DNA of 64,000 nt, taken from positions 166,160,001 to 166,224,000 of the forward strand of contig NC_133622.1 in assembly GCF_048593235.1 (NCBI RefSeq), given 5' to 3'. The first letter of the stretch is position 1, and each line of letters begins with the position of its first letter. Under the pieces are notes generated by a model that did not search any database, was not told the DNA's origin, and worked only from the letters and a program-made list of their open reading frames with translations. The stretch comes from Sminthopsis crassicaudata (taxonomy: Eukaryota). The position numbers and the translations under genes are program-made. Below, piece by piece: positions 24,281-37,074 of the stretch.

Positions 24281-26575
24281 ATAATATGTAATGGAGATAA
24301 ACTGGAACCTTTCCCAGTAAGATCAGGAGTGAAACAAGGTTGTCCACTATCACCATTACTATTCAATATTGTATTAGAAATGCTAACCTCGGCAATAAGA
24401 GTCGAGAAAGAGATTAAAGGAATAAGAGTAGGTAATGAGGAATTCAAACTGTCACTCTTTGCAGATGATATGATGATATACTTAGAAAACCCAAGAGATT
24501 CTAATAAAAAGTTATTAGAAATAATTCACAACTTTAGCAAAGTTGCTGGGTACAAAATAAATCCACATAAATCCTCAGCATTTTTATATGTCATTAACAA
24601 AATGCAACAGCAAGAGATACAAAGAGAAATTCTATTCCAAACAAATGTCGAGAGCATAAAATATTTGGGAATCCATTTACCAAAGAAAAGTCAGGAATTA
24701 TACGAGCAAAAAAATTACAAAACACTTGCCACAAAAATAAAGTCAGATTTAAATATTTGGAAAGACATCCAGTGCTCATGGATAGGCAGAGCGAATATAA
24801 TAAAGATGACAATACTTCCCAAACTAATCTATTTATTTAGTGCTATAACAATCAGACTCCCAAGAAACTATTTTAGTGACCTAGAGAAAATAACAACAAA
24901 ATTCATATGGAAAAATAAAAGGTGGAGAATTTCAAGGGAATTAATGAAAAAAAAAGTCAGATGAAGGTGGTCTAGGTGTACCTGATCTAAAGCTATATTA
25001 TATAGCAGCAGTCACCAAAACCATTTGGTATTAGTTAAGAAATAGACCAGTCAATCAGTGGAACAGATTAGATACAAAGAACAAAAAAGGGTACAACTAT
25101 AGCAATCTAGTGTTTGATAAACCCAAAGATACCAAAATTTGGGATAAAAATTCATTATTTGAAAAAACTGTTGAGAAAACTGGAAATTAGTATGGCAGAA
25201 ATTAGATATGGATCCATACTTAACACTATATAGGAAGATAAGATCAAAATGAGTCCATGATTTAGGCATAAAGAATGAGATAATAAATAGATTAGAAGAA
25301 CAGAGGATAGTCTACCTCTCAGACCTGTGGAAGAGAAAGGAATTTATGACCAGAGGAGAATCAGAGATCATTATTGATCACAAAATAGAAGATTTTAATT
25401 ACATCAAACTAAAAAGTTTCTGTACAAACAATACTAATGCAAACAATATTAGAAGGGAAGTAACAAATTGGGAAAATATTTTTATAGTTAAAGGTTTTGA
25501 TAAAGGTCTCATTTCCAAAATATATAGAGAACTGACCCTAATTTATAAGAAATCAAACCATTCTTCAATTGATAAATGGTCAAAGGATATGAACAGACAA
25601 TTTTCAGATGAGGAAATTGAAACTATATCCACTCATATGAAAGAGTGTATCAAATCACTACTGATCAAAGAAATGCAAATTAAGACAACTCTGAGATACC
25701 ACTACACGCCTGTCAGATTGGCTAAGATGACAGGAACAAATAATGATGAATGTTGGAGGGGATGTGGGAAAACTGGGACACTGATACATTGTTGGTGGAG
25801 TTGTGAAAGAATCCAGCCATTCTGGAGAGCAATTTGGAACTATGCCCCCAAAGTTATCAAACTGTGCATACCCTTTGATCCAGCAGTGCTACTACTGGGC
25901 TTATATCCCAAAGAAATACTAAAGAGGGGAAAGGGACCTGTGTGTGCCAAAATGTTTGTAGCAGCTCTTTTTTGTAGTGGCTAGAAACTGGAAGATGAAT
26001 GGATGTCCATCAATTGGACAATGGTTGAGTAAATTATGGTATATGAAGGTTATGGAATATTATTGTTCTGTAAGCAATGACCAGTGGGATAAATTCAGAA
26101 AGGTTTGGAGAGACTTACATGAACTGATGCTAAGTGAAATGAGCAGAACCAGAAGATCACTATACACTTCAACAACAATACTGTATGAAGATATATTCTG
26201 ATGGAAGTGAATATCTTCAACATAGAGAAGATCCAACTCACTTCCAGATGATCAATGATGGACAGAAACAACTACACCCAGAGAGGGAACACTGGGAAGT
26301 CAATGTAAACTGTTAGCACTACTGTCTATCTACCCAGGTTACTTATACCTTCGGAAACCAATACTTACTGTGCAACAAGAAAATGGTATTTACACACATA
26401 TATTGTATCTAGGTTATATTGTAACACATGTAAAATATATGGGATTGCTTGTCATCTAGGGGAGGGAGTAGAGGGAGGGAGGGGAAAATTTGGAAAAATG
26501 AATACAAGGGATAATGTTATAAAAATTACTCATGCATATATACTGTCAAAAATTTTATAATTATAAAGTTAATAA
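24281..26575 (+). mobile_element. 5'-truncated L1 (~2.3 kb): 3' half of ORF2 plus 3' UTR, with a 19-bp TSD
   Basis: ORFs 24329-24964 (KQGCPLSPLLF, LFADDM) and 25346-25984 (CWRGCG..LIHCWW zinc knuckle), disrupted between them; TSD aatatttata(c/t)ggcacttt at 24262-24280 and 26576-26594. Confidence 0.97.
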
Positions 26576-27250
26576 AATATTTATATGGCACTTTGAGGAA
26601 GCTCAAGCACTTGTGATGGATATATGCAATTTGTTATTAAAAAGTAATAGAAAAAATATATAAACTACATCTGATTGTTTGCTATTTTGGGGAAGGAGAA
26701 GGTAAAGGAGAAAAAAATTGGAACTTAAAATCTTACAAAAATGAATGTTGAAAACTCCACATGTAACTGGAAAAATAAAATACTATTGGTGTTTTTTTTT
26801 TTAAATTGAAAATAAGTGATATATCCCAGGTCAATTGACAGCACCAGAAATGGAAACAAAAGGATGCAGTTTTCAATAATCTATGCCAGTGCTTCTCATT
26901 GGAATAAGCATTTATTTGCCTTAGCCTTTTTACCGTGAAGTATACAAAACTTGTTGGGGTCTACTTTTGCAAAAAAGTAAATCCAGAAAACAAAGTTTTT
27001 ATGCATATTGTGTAGCAGAGTAAGATTGCTTACTAATACTAAGACTGTACTTGCTTTTATATTTGGGTATACACGTAATCCTTGTAGATACATGTCAAAA
27101 TTCATGAGCAGAATTTGAAAACAATATTTCACAAATGGGCAATGGGTTAGCCTGAACATATAATATGGAATTTTCTGGACTTCTAAATTTAGGATATAAA
27201 ACTAAGGGAAATGTTGTTATTGCATTATTAAATGAACATATTGGAAACCT

Positions 27251-27402
27251 TCTTTTCTTTTTTTTCCCCCTGAGGCTGGGGTTAAGTGATTTGCCCAGGG
27301 TCACATAGCTAGGAAGTATTAAGTATTTGAGACCAGATTTGAACTCAGGTCCTCCTGAATTCAAGGCTGCTGCTCTATTCACTGTGCCACCTAGCTGCCC
27401 CC
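27251..27402 (-). mobile_element. WSINE1-like SINE with a 14-bp TSD
   Basis: catattg(g/a)aaacct at 27237-27250 and 27403-27416. Confidence 0.88.
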
Positions 27403-28749
27403 CATATTGAAAACCTAAAGCTTATTCATCTTTTTTTTTGATGTTTGTTTATTAAAGATTGTGATCCTATGATTGTTTCACAGCAATTTTACAAAATTGT
27501 AAATTCTTTTATTAACTGGCATTATAAATACATAGTGTTAATCTTCTTCTAAAAGTCAACACATAGCATATTTTAAACAAAGAAACCACAAAATGCATGA
27601 TTGGAGTATTTAAAATTATATATGCAGTATATAATTTATGTTAATAATGTGTTCAGTACATTTTTATGTATAATTCCCATCATGCTTCATTTTCCCCAGA
27701 CACTAAATTGTGTACTTCCTCTTCCAAAATTGACATAATCAACATATGTAGACATCAAATTATATTTCATCACACATGTAGGAAATTGGTGACACCAAAA
27801 TATTTTAGTTTCATACTTGTCAAATATTTGCCCATGGTTAAATATTTGCCCATGGATTCACACAGGATTCAAAGGATTTATACCCGGAGTTGGAGTTCTT
27901 GGAATGGAGTGAAGTTAGTTCAGTGGTTCTCAGAAGTGTGGTCCAAGGACTTCCTTATCAGGGGATCCAGAAGGTTAAAGCCATTTTCATCATCATCATC
28001 ATAATATTACTAAAACATTAAATTTTTTTTTAATATGACAAATACATCTAGGTATAAACCCTGTAAACAAAAGCTCCTTGGAGTCCTCAATAATTTTTAA
28101 GAGTCTAAAAGTCTCCTGATAACTAATTAATTTTGACAACCAATGTATTAGATCTAGATTTTTACTTCCAGATCTCTCTTCAAAAATATAATTTTTTTCT
28201 GTAAGAAGTAATGAGTATCAGGAATACATTAATACTTGGGAAGAATTGTACAAAATGAACTAGAGTGAAAGGAAAGACAGCAAGAGAACAATAAATTAGA
28301 TAATAGACGGGGAGTTGGAGATACAAATACAAACAAGATAGTCCCCACTTTCAGGGAGTTAATAGTCTAATGGAGGATGACAACATGTAAAGGGGATCTG
28401 GAAAATAGAAGTGGAGGAGAAAAGCACCTGAGTGGAGGAGGAGGAGGACAATAAGTCTGGAGAGCAAAATAAGAGTGGTGGGAAGATTTCCTGAAATAAA
28501 TGTCCCAGTTAGGGAGTCATCAATTAGGGAGAAGGGCAGAGTTTTCTTTAGGGTAGAAAGGTAGCCCATAAAGAAAAATCTAGTCACTGAGAAAAGGAGT
28601 GAGTCAAATTAAACCTTAACATCTTTAAATATTTTTCACATGTAATATATCTTCCTTTTCCTGAATCACTTGTTTTATATCATTTGGATTCTCAAGTTTT
28701 AATACTTTCTTTATCACAAAATCATACTTTGATTTTATTGGATATTAAG

Positions 28750-31700
28750 CATACTTTTTTTGGGGTGATCTATATTCCTCATTCTAGCCTTGATTATATC
28801 TCATAGTTTTTCTTCTTGAATTTTAAAATCATTTTCAGATTTGCATTTCTTCCCTCACCTTCCACCTACTCTCCTTCCTTCCCATTGAGGAAAAAAAATA
28901 CTGTCACAATCACGAATAATCAAGCATAACAAATCCTCCCATTAACCACATTCGAAAAATCCCAAACCAACAGTATGTCTCACTCTGTATTTTGGGTTCA
29001 TCACTTCTTTATCCAGAGGCTAATAATCTTTTTTCATCATAGTTTCCCCTGGAACTGTGGCTGGACATTAAACTGATCAGAGTACCTATATTTTTCAAAA
29101 TTATTTATCTTTATGATTTTGCTGTTTCTGTTTAAATTGTTCTTCTGGTTCTGCCCACTTCATTTTGCATTAGTTCATACAAGTCTTCCCCAGTTTCTCT
29201 GAAATCATCTTTTTCATCATATATTACAGTGTTATAGTATATTTCTATCACATTCATATACCATATCAGCCATTCCTTTTCGGTTTTCAATTTTTTTACA
29301 CCACAAAAGTATGTTCATAAATATATATATTCTTTTCCTTTTCTTCTGATCTCTTTGGTATACAGACCTAGTAACAGTATTTGCTGGATCAGAGTATCCA
29401 CCATTTAATAGTTTCCAAATTGCTTTCCAGAACTATTGGTTCAATTCACAGTTCCATAATACTGCTAACATTTTTCATTTTCCGATTTCATCATCTATGC
29501 CAATCTGAGAAGTGTATTATAAAAACTCAAGTATTGTATTAACTTGCATTTCTCTAATTTTTAGTTATTTAGGACATTAAAAAATATAACTATTGATAGA
29601 TTGGATGTTTTCCTCTGAAATCTGCCTGTTCATATCATTTGAAGTGAAAAGTGGTTGGAAGACTTCCTGAAATGAAGGTACTAGCTAGGGAATCATCAAT
29701 TGTGGAATCGTTCTTATTCTTATAAATTTGAATAAGTCCCCTAGAATTCTTAGGAATGAGACCTTATTTTATTACATATATGTATATATAAATAGTATAC
29801 ATATTTTCATTTACTTATTTTTGCTGAGGCAATTGGGATTAAGTGACTTGTTCAGGGTCACACAGCTAGGAAGTGTTAAGAGTCTGAGGCTAAATTTGAA
29901 CTCAGGTTTTCCTGACTTTAGACTTGATGTTCTATCCACTGTGTCACCTATTTATTAAAGAAACTTGCTACAGAGATTTCCCCCCCACTCATTTATTTGC
30001 TTTTCCTAATTTTAGATTAGTTTGTTTCTGATCATGCAAAACTTTTAAATTTTATGAAAGTGAAATAGTCCAAGTAACTTCTGTGAATCTTTTTATTTCT
30101 GTTCTTATGAATGTTGTCTCTGATCTTATAGGTAATTTCTTCCACATTTAAAAAACTTGCTTATGTCATCATTTATGTCTGAATTATCCATTTAGCTTGT
30201 TTTAGTATACATTTTCAAATGTTGGTCTATATCTAGTTTCTTCCATTTTGCTTTCCAGTTTTTATTGAATAGTAAGTTTTTGCCTCAATAACTAGGTTCT
30301 GGGTTTATTAAAATACTAGGTTACTGTGCTAGTTTGGTTCTATCTACATTACATGCCTAATATGTTCCACTGATCAACTTTTCTATTTCTTACTCAATAC
30401 TAAATTGCTTTGATATTACTGCTTTGTAGTATAGTTTGAGATCTAGTATTGCAAAGTTCCCTTTGTTCCTCACTTCCCTCTTTCCCCCATTAATTTCTTT
30501 GCTATTCTTTCTCCCCCCGCAATACATTTTGTTATTAATTTTTCCTACTAATCCTTTGGTTTTTTGGTTGGTATGACACTGATTAATAAATTAATTTAGG
30601 TAGTGTTTTATTTTTATTATATTGGTTCATGTTAGGTTCTTACAAGGTGATAAGTCATTTAATTTATATTAGTTTTTTTCCTTTTAAAATGAAGTTAGTT
30701 AATAGTTTGTCTATTTTATTGTCCTCCTTCCCTTCTAAAAGGTTCCTAAGGGTTTTTGTTTTTGATTTCAATTTTGTTAATTTCTTCTTTGAATTTGAAG
30801 ATTTCTATTTTGGTGTTTAATTGGGTTTTTTTATTGTATTATGGTCTATGAAAGTTTTTATATTTATATTTTTCTTTATTTGTGAATTTTTTATATCCTG
30901 ATACATCATCAATTTTTGTTAGTGTCATGTACATCTGAGAAACATGTATAGTATTTTATACTCCAATTCAATATTCTCCTAAGAACTTAAAAAATAAATA
31001 ATAAAATTAATAAAATAATAATAAAATGATAACAATAATTAATAATAAAATAAATTAATAAACATTTTCCTTCTTATTTGCTTTTCTGTCATTTTATTAA
31101 ATTTATCTAAGTCAGAGAAGGATCAATTATATTTTTATTGTCTATTTATTCCTATAACTCATTTAGTTTTTGCTTTAAGATTTTAGATACTATACTACTT
31201 GATGCATATTAATATTAGCCCGTCCTTTCTCTTATTCCACACAATATTCAGATGAAAGTGAACTTCAAATATTGTTACTTTTTCCACACCAAGACTTCAT
31301 CCTTGTATAAAGTTCTACTTTTATATGCTAATTGTATTAGATAATTCTCCCAATCTTTCCTTCCCTTTTCTTCTCCAAGTGTATTGCTCCACTTCTTCCT
31401 TTCTACTTTTCTTTTGCTGTCATCAAAACATAACCAAATCCCTGTCCCTCTGTTTCTTTAACTCCTTTTTTGTTCCCTAATGATAATTGATTTCTGAGAA
31501 GATATATGTGTCATATACTCTTCTTAGAATTTCATTTTAATATTATATTTCATACTTGTTTAGTTTCTTATTGTTAACTCTTTTATCTTTTTATGCTTCT
31601 GTTGTTTTTTTGTTCTTGTTATTAATATGATAAATTATATTTATAATTTCTTGATATTAAATTAACTCTGCAGTCTTGGTGTGACTCCAACATGATCTTT

Positions 31701-31750
31701 AATAATATTCTTAATTTGTTGTGAATTTCTCTTTTTGACACTAGCATTTG
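28750..31750 (-). mobile_element. Old antisense L1 relics (3' UTR plus ORF2 3' part), interrupted by a WSINE1-like copy at about 29815-29950
   Basis: Reverse complement matches the ORF2 3' region seen at 24.9-26 kb; heavily decayed; boundaries approximate. Confidence 0.7.
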
Positions 31751-31784
31751 GTTTGATTTTTGGTTTGGTTTGGTTTGATATTTT

Positions 31785-33570
31785 TTACACAAATCAAGTC
31801 TGATCTAAACAACTGGAAGAAAATCTGTTTATGGGTAGACTGAGACAATATAATAAAAATGATATTTTGGCTAAGTTAATTTACTTATTCATTGCCATAC
31901 CCAACCTATCAAAAATTATTTTGTGGAGCTAAAAAATATTAACAAAATTTATTCTAAAGAACAAAAAGGAGAAGAATATAAAGGGAATTAATGAAAAGGG
32001 AAAAAAAGGAAGATGATTTAGGCATATTAGATCTCGATCTATATCATAAAAGAGCAATCATCAAAATTATCTGGTATTGGCTAAGAAATAAAGATAAGAA
32101 ACAATAGTAGATGTCTATTGTAATCTAGTGTTTGATTAACTCAAAGATGTCAGTTTCTAGAAGAAGATTCATTATTTGACAAAAACTTCTGGGGAAATGG
32201 AAACTGTATGGACCAACATCTTATATTGTATAAAAAGATAAGTTTAAAATGGGTTCATGATTTAGACATAAAGGTTGATACTATAAGCAAATTAGGAGAG
32301 CAAGGAATAATTTATTGTCAAATCTATGTAGAAAAGAAGAAAAAAAATAAAGAACATTATCAGATATAAAATGGGTAATTTTGATTATGTAATGTTATAT
32401 TTTTATAATATTTTCCCCCTATTTATCCTACTCTTTCTTTTCTTTTAAAAGAGTTTTTCACAAACAAACCAATGCAACCAAGATAAAAAGGAAAGCAGAA
32501 TATTGGGTAACAATTTTTACAGCCAGAATTTCTGATAAATGCCCCATTTCTCAAATAGATAGAAAAGGGAGTCAAATTTATAAGAAAACAAACCATTTCC
32601 CAATTGATAAATGGTCAAAGGAAATGAAAAGGCAGTTTTCAGATGAAGTCAAAAGCTATCTATAGTCATATAAAAAATACTGGAATCAGTACTGATTAGA
32701 GAAATGCAAATGAAAACAACTCTGAGGTACCACCTCACACCTATCAGATTTGCTATTATGATAGAATAGAAAAATGATAGATATTGGAGAGGATGTGAGA
32801 AAATTGCAACACTAATATATTGTTGGTGGAGTTGTGAACTGATCCAACTATTCTGGAGAGAAATTTGGAATTTTGCTCAAGGGCAATAAAACTGATCCCT
32901 CAATACTTACTACTTGGTCTGTGTCCCAAAGTGATCATAAAAAAGAAAAAGGACCTACATGAACATAAATATTTATGGCAGCTTTTTATGTGTTGGCAAA
33001 GAATTGGAAATTGAGAGAATGATGATCAATTGTGTCTGAACATGTTGTGGTATATGAATGTTGTTAAATACTATAATGGTATAAAAAATGACAAGCAGGA
33101 TTATTTAAGAAAAACCTGGAAAGACTTTAATCAATTGATACCAAGTGAAGTAAACAGAATCAGGAGAACATGGTACACATTAACAGTGACACTGTGCAAT
33201 AATTAAATAGAATTGACCTAGCTCTTCTCAATAATACAATGATCCAAGAAAATTCCAAAAGACTCATGAAATAAAATGTTATCCCCACCCAGAGAAAGAA
33301 AGAACTGATGGAGTCTAAATGTAGATCAAAGCCTGCTATTTTCACTTTCTTTTTGTGTATACTTTTAAAAAATGTTCTGTTTCTTCTTTCACAACATGAC
33401 TAATATGGATATATATTGTATATGATTGTGTATATACATATATTTATATATGTAAATTTATATGAAATTGCTTACTGCCTTAGGGAGGAAGAAAAAAGAA
33501 AATTTGGAACTTAAAATTTTATAAAAAGTAAATATTATCTTTATATGAAATTGGAAAAATACTACCAAAA
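31785..33570 (+). mobile_element. Older L1 3' fragment (ORF2 end plus 3' UTR)
   Basis: Decayed KSDLNNW..NIIKM.IL.KLIYLF and ..MKTTLRYHLTPIR.. segments. Confidence 0.85.
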
Positions 33571-35751
33571 CTTTTTTTTAAAGGTTTATGCTTAAATCAT
33601 TAACTTATTCCTTTATAATTTTATTGTTGAAAGTGCTATGTATTTTCGCCTAAGGACTGGTTTGGCTGCATCTACCAATTTTGAATTTCTTGTCTCATGT
33701 TTTTCATTATCTTTAATGAAATTGTTAATTGTTTCTATGATTTATCCTTTGGGATTTGTTCTTACCCATTTAAAAATATAATTAGTTCCTAAATAATGTT
33801 TAATTTTTGCTTCAAAGACCCTTTATTGAATATAATTTTTATTGCATTATGAATTTCAAAAGATATATTTAATATTTCTACTTTTCTACATTTATTTGTA
33901 AAGTTTTTAAGTCTTAAAATAATCAATTTTTATTACAGTGCCATGCATTGTTGTATTATATGTATTCCTTTATTACTTCCAATTAACAATATCCAGTGGT
34001 TATTATATCATATCATAACATATCATACCAAATCATGTCATATCATATGAGTCTAACTACCTGCCTATCAAGTCTTACTACTTTTCTAAAATTCTACTTA
34101 GGTCTTTAACTTCTTTCCTGTTTATTTTTTATTAGCTTTGTTTATTCTTTAATGGGGCATATTGAAATCTGCTAATGTTATATTTTGCTATTTCTTTCTG
34201 TAATTAATTTATTTTTTCCTTTAAAGTATTTTGATGTATCTTTCCCTGAAAAATATAGTTTCATTGTTTATATTTTTTAATTAAATCTATTCTTACTATT
34301 TGTCTGAAAGAATAATTGCCAACTTGGCTTTTTTTGAAATCTACTATAGTATGATAAACTTTGTTCCATTCTTTTATTTTAACTTAGTGTGAATCTTCAT
34401 GTTTCAAATGTGTTTCTTGTAAATGGTATGTTGCACTCTGCTTCCTAAGTCATTCTTGATGAATGAGATCATCCAATTCATATTCAATTATGATTTTTAA
34501 TATCGTATTATTCTCCATCTTATTCTTATGTTTTTTCTTGTCTTTGCTTCCCACCTCCTTTTTATCAAGGCACTTTCCTTTCTTTTTGAAAGGAAACTCT
34601 TCAAAATCCCTTCCTAAATCTACTTTCTCTTTATCTCTTCCTCTTCCTCTCTTCTTGTTTGCTCCTATTTTCCTAGTAAATGGATTTCTTTTTATGCAAT
34701 GTATATATGTATGTATGTTCTATCCTCCTTAGGCCAGTTCAGATGAGATGAAAGTAAGGTTCAATGCTGAATCCTCCTCTTCCCACTTCCCTTTCCATGG
34801 TTTTATAAACTTTTACTTATGTCCCTGATTACATGAGATAAAATTATTTACCCTTTCTCCCCCTTTTGCCCTAATATACATCCTTTCCCCTCCATTTACT
34901 TTCTATTTTCATGATTATTGAAGCATAACAAAAACTATTCCCAAGTCCTTGGTCTTATTCAATTCCCCTTTTGATTAATATGATGTTAAGATTCAAAGGG
35001 GCCTTTGTCTCTTCCTCTTGATGAGGATGTAATTAGTTCATCCTTATAAAATATTTTACTATTCTTAACAATACAAACAAAAGAGTTGAGAGAAATATTC
35101 TCTCTTAACTCTTTTGTTTGTATTTATTTGTTTTCTAGTCAATAGTGATTTAGAATATTTTTTCAAGTAACTATAGATCGCCCTAACTGCTTTGCCTGAA
35201 AATTGCCTGTTTATATCCTTTGACCATTTATCAACTGGAGAATGGCTTTTATTTTTCTAAATTTGACTCAGTTCTTTATATATCTGAGAAATGAAGCATT
35301 TATCAGAGAAACTTGCTATAAAAGTTTTTCACAGTTATGATATTCTTTTCTTCTACCCAGTCCCTTGAAAAGTGTTTTGCTTCTGACTACCACCTTCCCT
35401 AATCCACCATCCCTTCTTTCAGCCTCCCATCCCCTTCCCTTATTTCTATCCCCTTTTCCTCCTATTTTTCTGTGGGGTAAAACAGATTTCTATACCCAAC
35501 TAAGTATATATGTTACTCCTTCTATGAGGAAGTTCTGATGAGAGCATATATACTCCTTCCCATCACCCCTCTTTCCTCCTCCACTGTAAAAGCTCTTTTA
35601 TGCCTTTTTTATATGAGATCATTTATTTTTCTTTTTCCAGTGCACTCCTCTTTCTCACTCCTTAATTTAAAAAAAAATAATCATTCCATCATATTTAACT
35701 TATAACATTATCTATATATACTTCTTTTAGAGATCTAATGAGAAAGTTCTT

Positions 35752-35839
35752 TTTTTTTGTTTAAATTTTATTTATTCATAAAATTTTTTTGACATTATAT
35801 ATGCATGAGTAATTTTTTAATAACATTATCACTTGTATT
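35752..35839 (-). mobile_element. 88-bp extreme 3' end of the young L1 family, with a 16-bp TSD
   Basis: taatgagaaagttctt at 35736-35751 and 35840-35855; body is the reverse complement of the L1 end at about 26500-26575. Confidence 0.9.
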
Positions 35840-36978
35840 TAATGAGAAAGTTCTTAAAAGTATCATCTTCTCATATAGAATTGCACCATTATCTTCTCAT
35901 ATAGAATTATAAAGTTTAACCTTATTGAATCCCTTATGATATCTCTTTTCTGTATACCTTTTTATGCTACTCTTGAGTCTTGTATTGAAGTATCAAAATT
36001 TCAATTCAGCTGTAGTCTTTTTTTTTAAATTAGAAATGCTTGAAGGTTCTTTTTGTTGAGTACTGGAGGATCTTGGATACATTTCTTCCTTCTACTCCAC
36101 CATCTTAGCTGGCTAGTTAAAAAGTTGACTTTCTTTATAATATTGTAGATATTACATAAATTGCTCTCCTAGACTTGTTACTTCAGTTATGTATCAGTTC
36201 ATATTACACAGGCCACATTTCTCAAAATATGTCATATCCTTTCCCAGTACACAGAGAGTACTGAGTATTAAAGAAATCTCGTTAATTTGGGAGTTAATTA
36301 TCTAATTATATACAATTATCTACTGATATACAATATTAGAGGCAGTGGATAGACAGGTCTGGAGTTGGAAAGACCCAAGTTCAAATCTAGCTTCAGACAT
36401 TTACTAACTTTGAGACTCAAGGATAGTCACTAAACCTCTACCTTCCACAATAACATTCCATTTTCATATGCCATTATTTCTTAGCCATTTTATTTGTCAC
36501 AATATAAAGTGTAGCTATAAATGTTTTTGTATATATAGGTCATTTTCTGCTCTCTTTAATTTTTTTAAAGCATATATCTAGGATTGACTTTCTGGACTTT
36601 CCAGTGCACTCCTCTTTCTGGATATAACTCCAAATTTATTTGCAGAATGTTTGACTCACTTAACAGATCCACCAACAATACATTAATGGGGTTGTCCTTT
36701 CACAACTCCTCTAAAAAATGCTATTTTTCTCTTTTGTTATCTTTTCCAATCTGATGAATGTGAGATAGAACATCAAAGTCATTTTAATATAAACTTCTCT
36801 TTTTATCATTGATTTGAAACATTTTTAATGTGAAAACTTCTCTTTTTTCAAATCCTCAAATGTGTTTTGTATTGAGATTGGTTCTTTTTATGTATTTGTA
36901 TGAAATTCCTTAATATTTTGGCTATCAAACATTTATCAAAGAATCTTGGTACAAAGATTTTATGCAGTTAACATTCAC

Positions 36979-37074
36979 TGCTCTTAGGACAAGTTGTTAT
37001 TAGTGTAATTAAGTGTCCTTCATGCAGCTTGAAATATGACACTATTATGAGTGTTATTATTATTACTATAACTA
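36979..37074 (+). repeat. ~96-bp copy of 48197-48294 (AMBN intron 6)
   Basis: tgctcttaggacaagttgttattagtgtaattaa..catgcagcttga..ttattactataacta is shared. Confidence 0.93.

Noticed and set aside
24329-25984. L1 ORF2 segments as an active or domesticated reverse transcriptase
   Set aside because: 5'-truncated (no endonuclease or promoter) and broken by frameshifts/stops between the two ORFs
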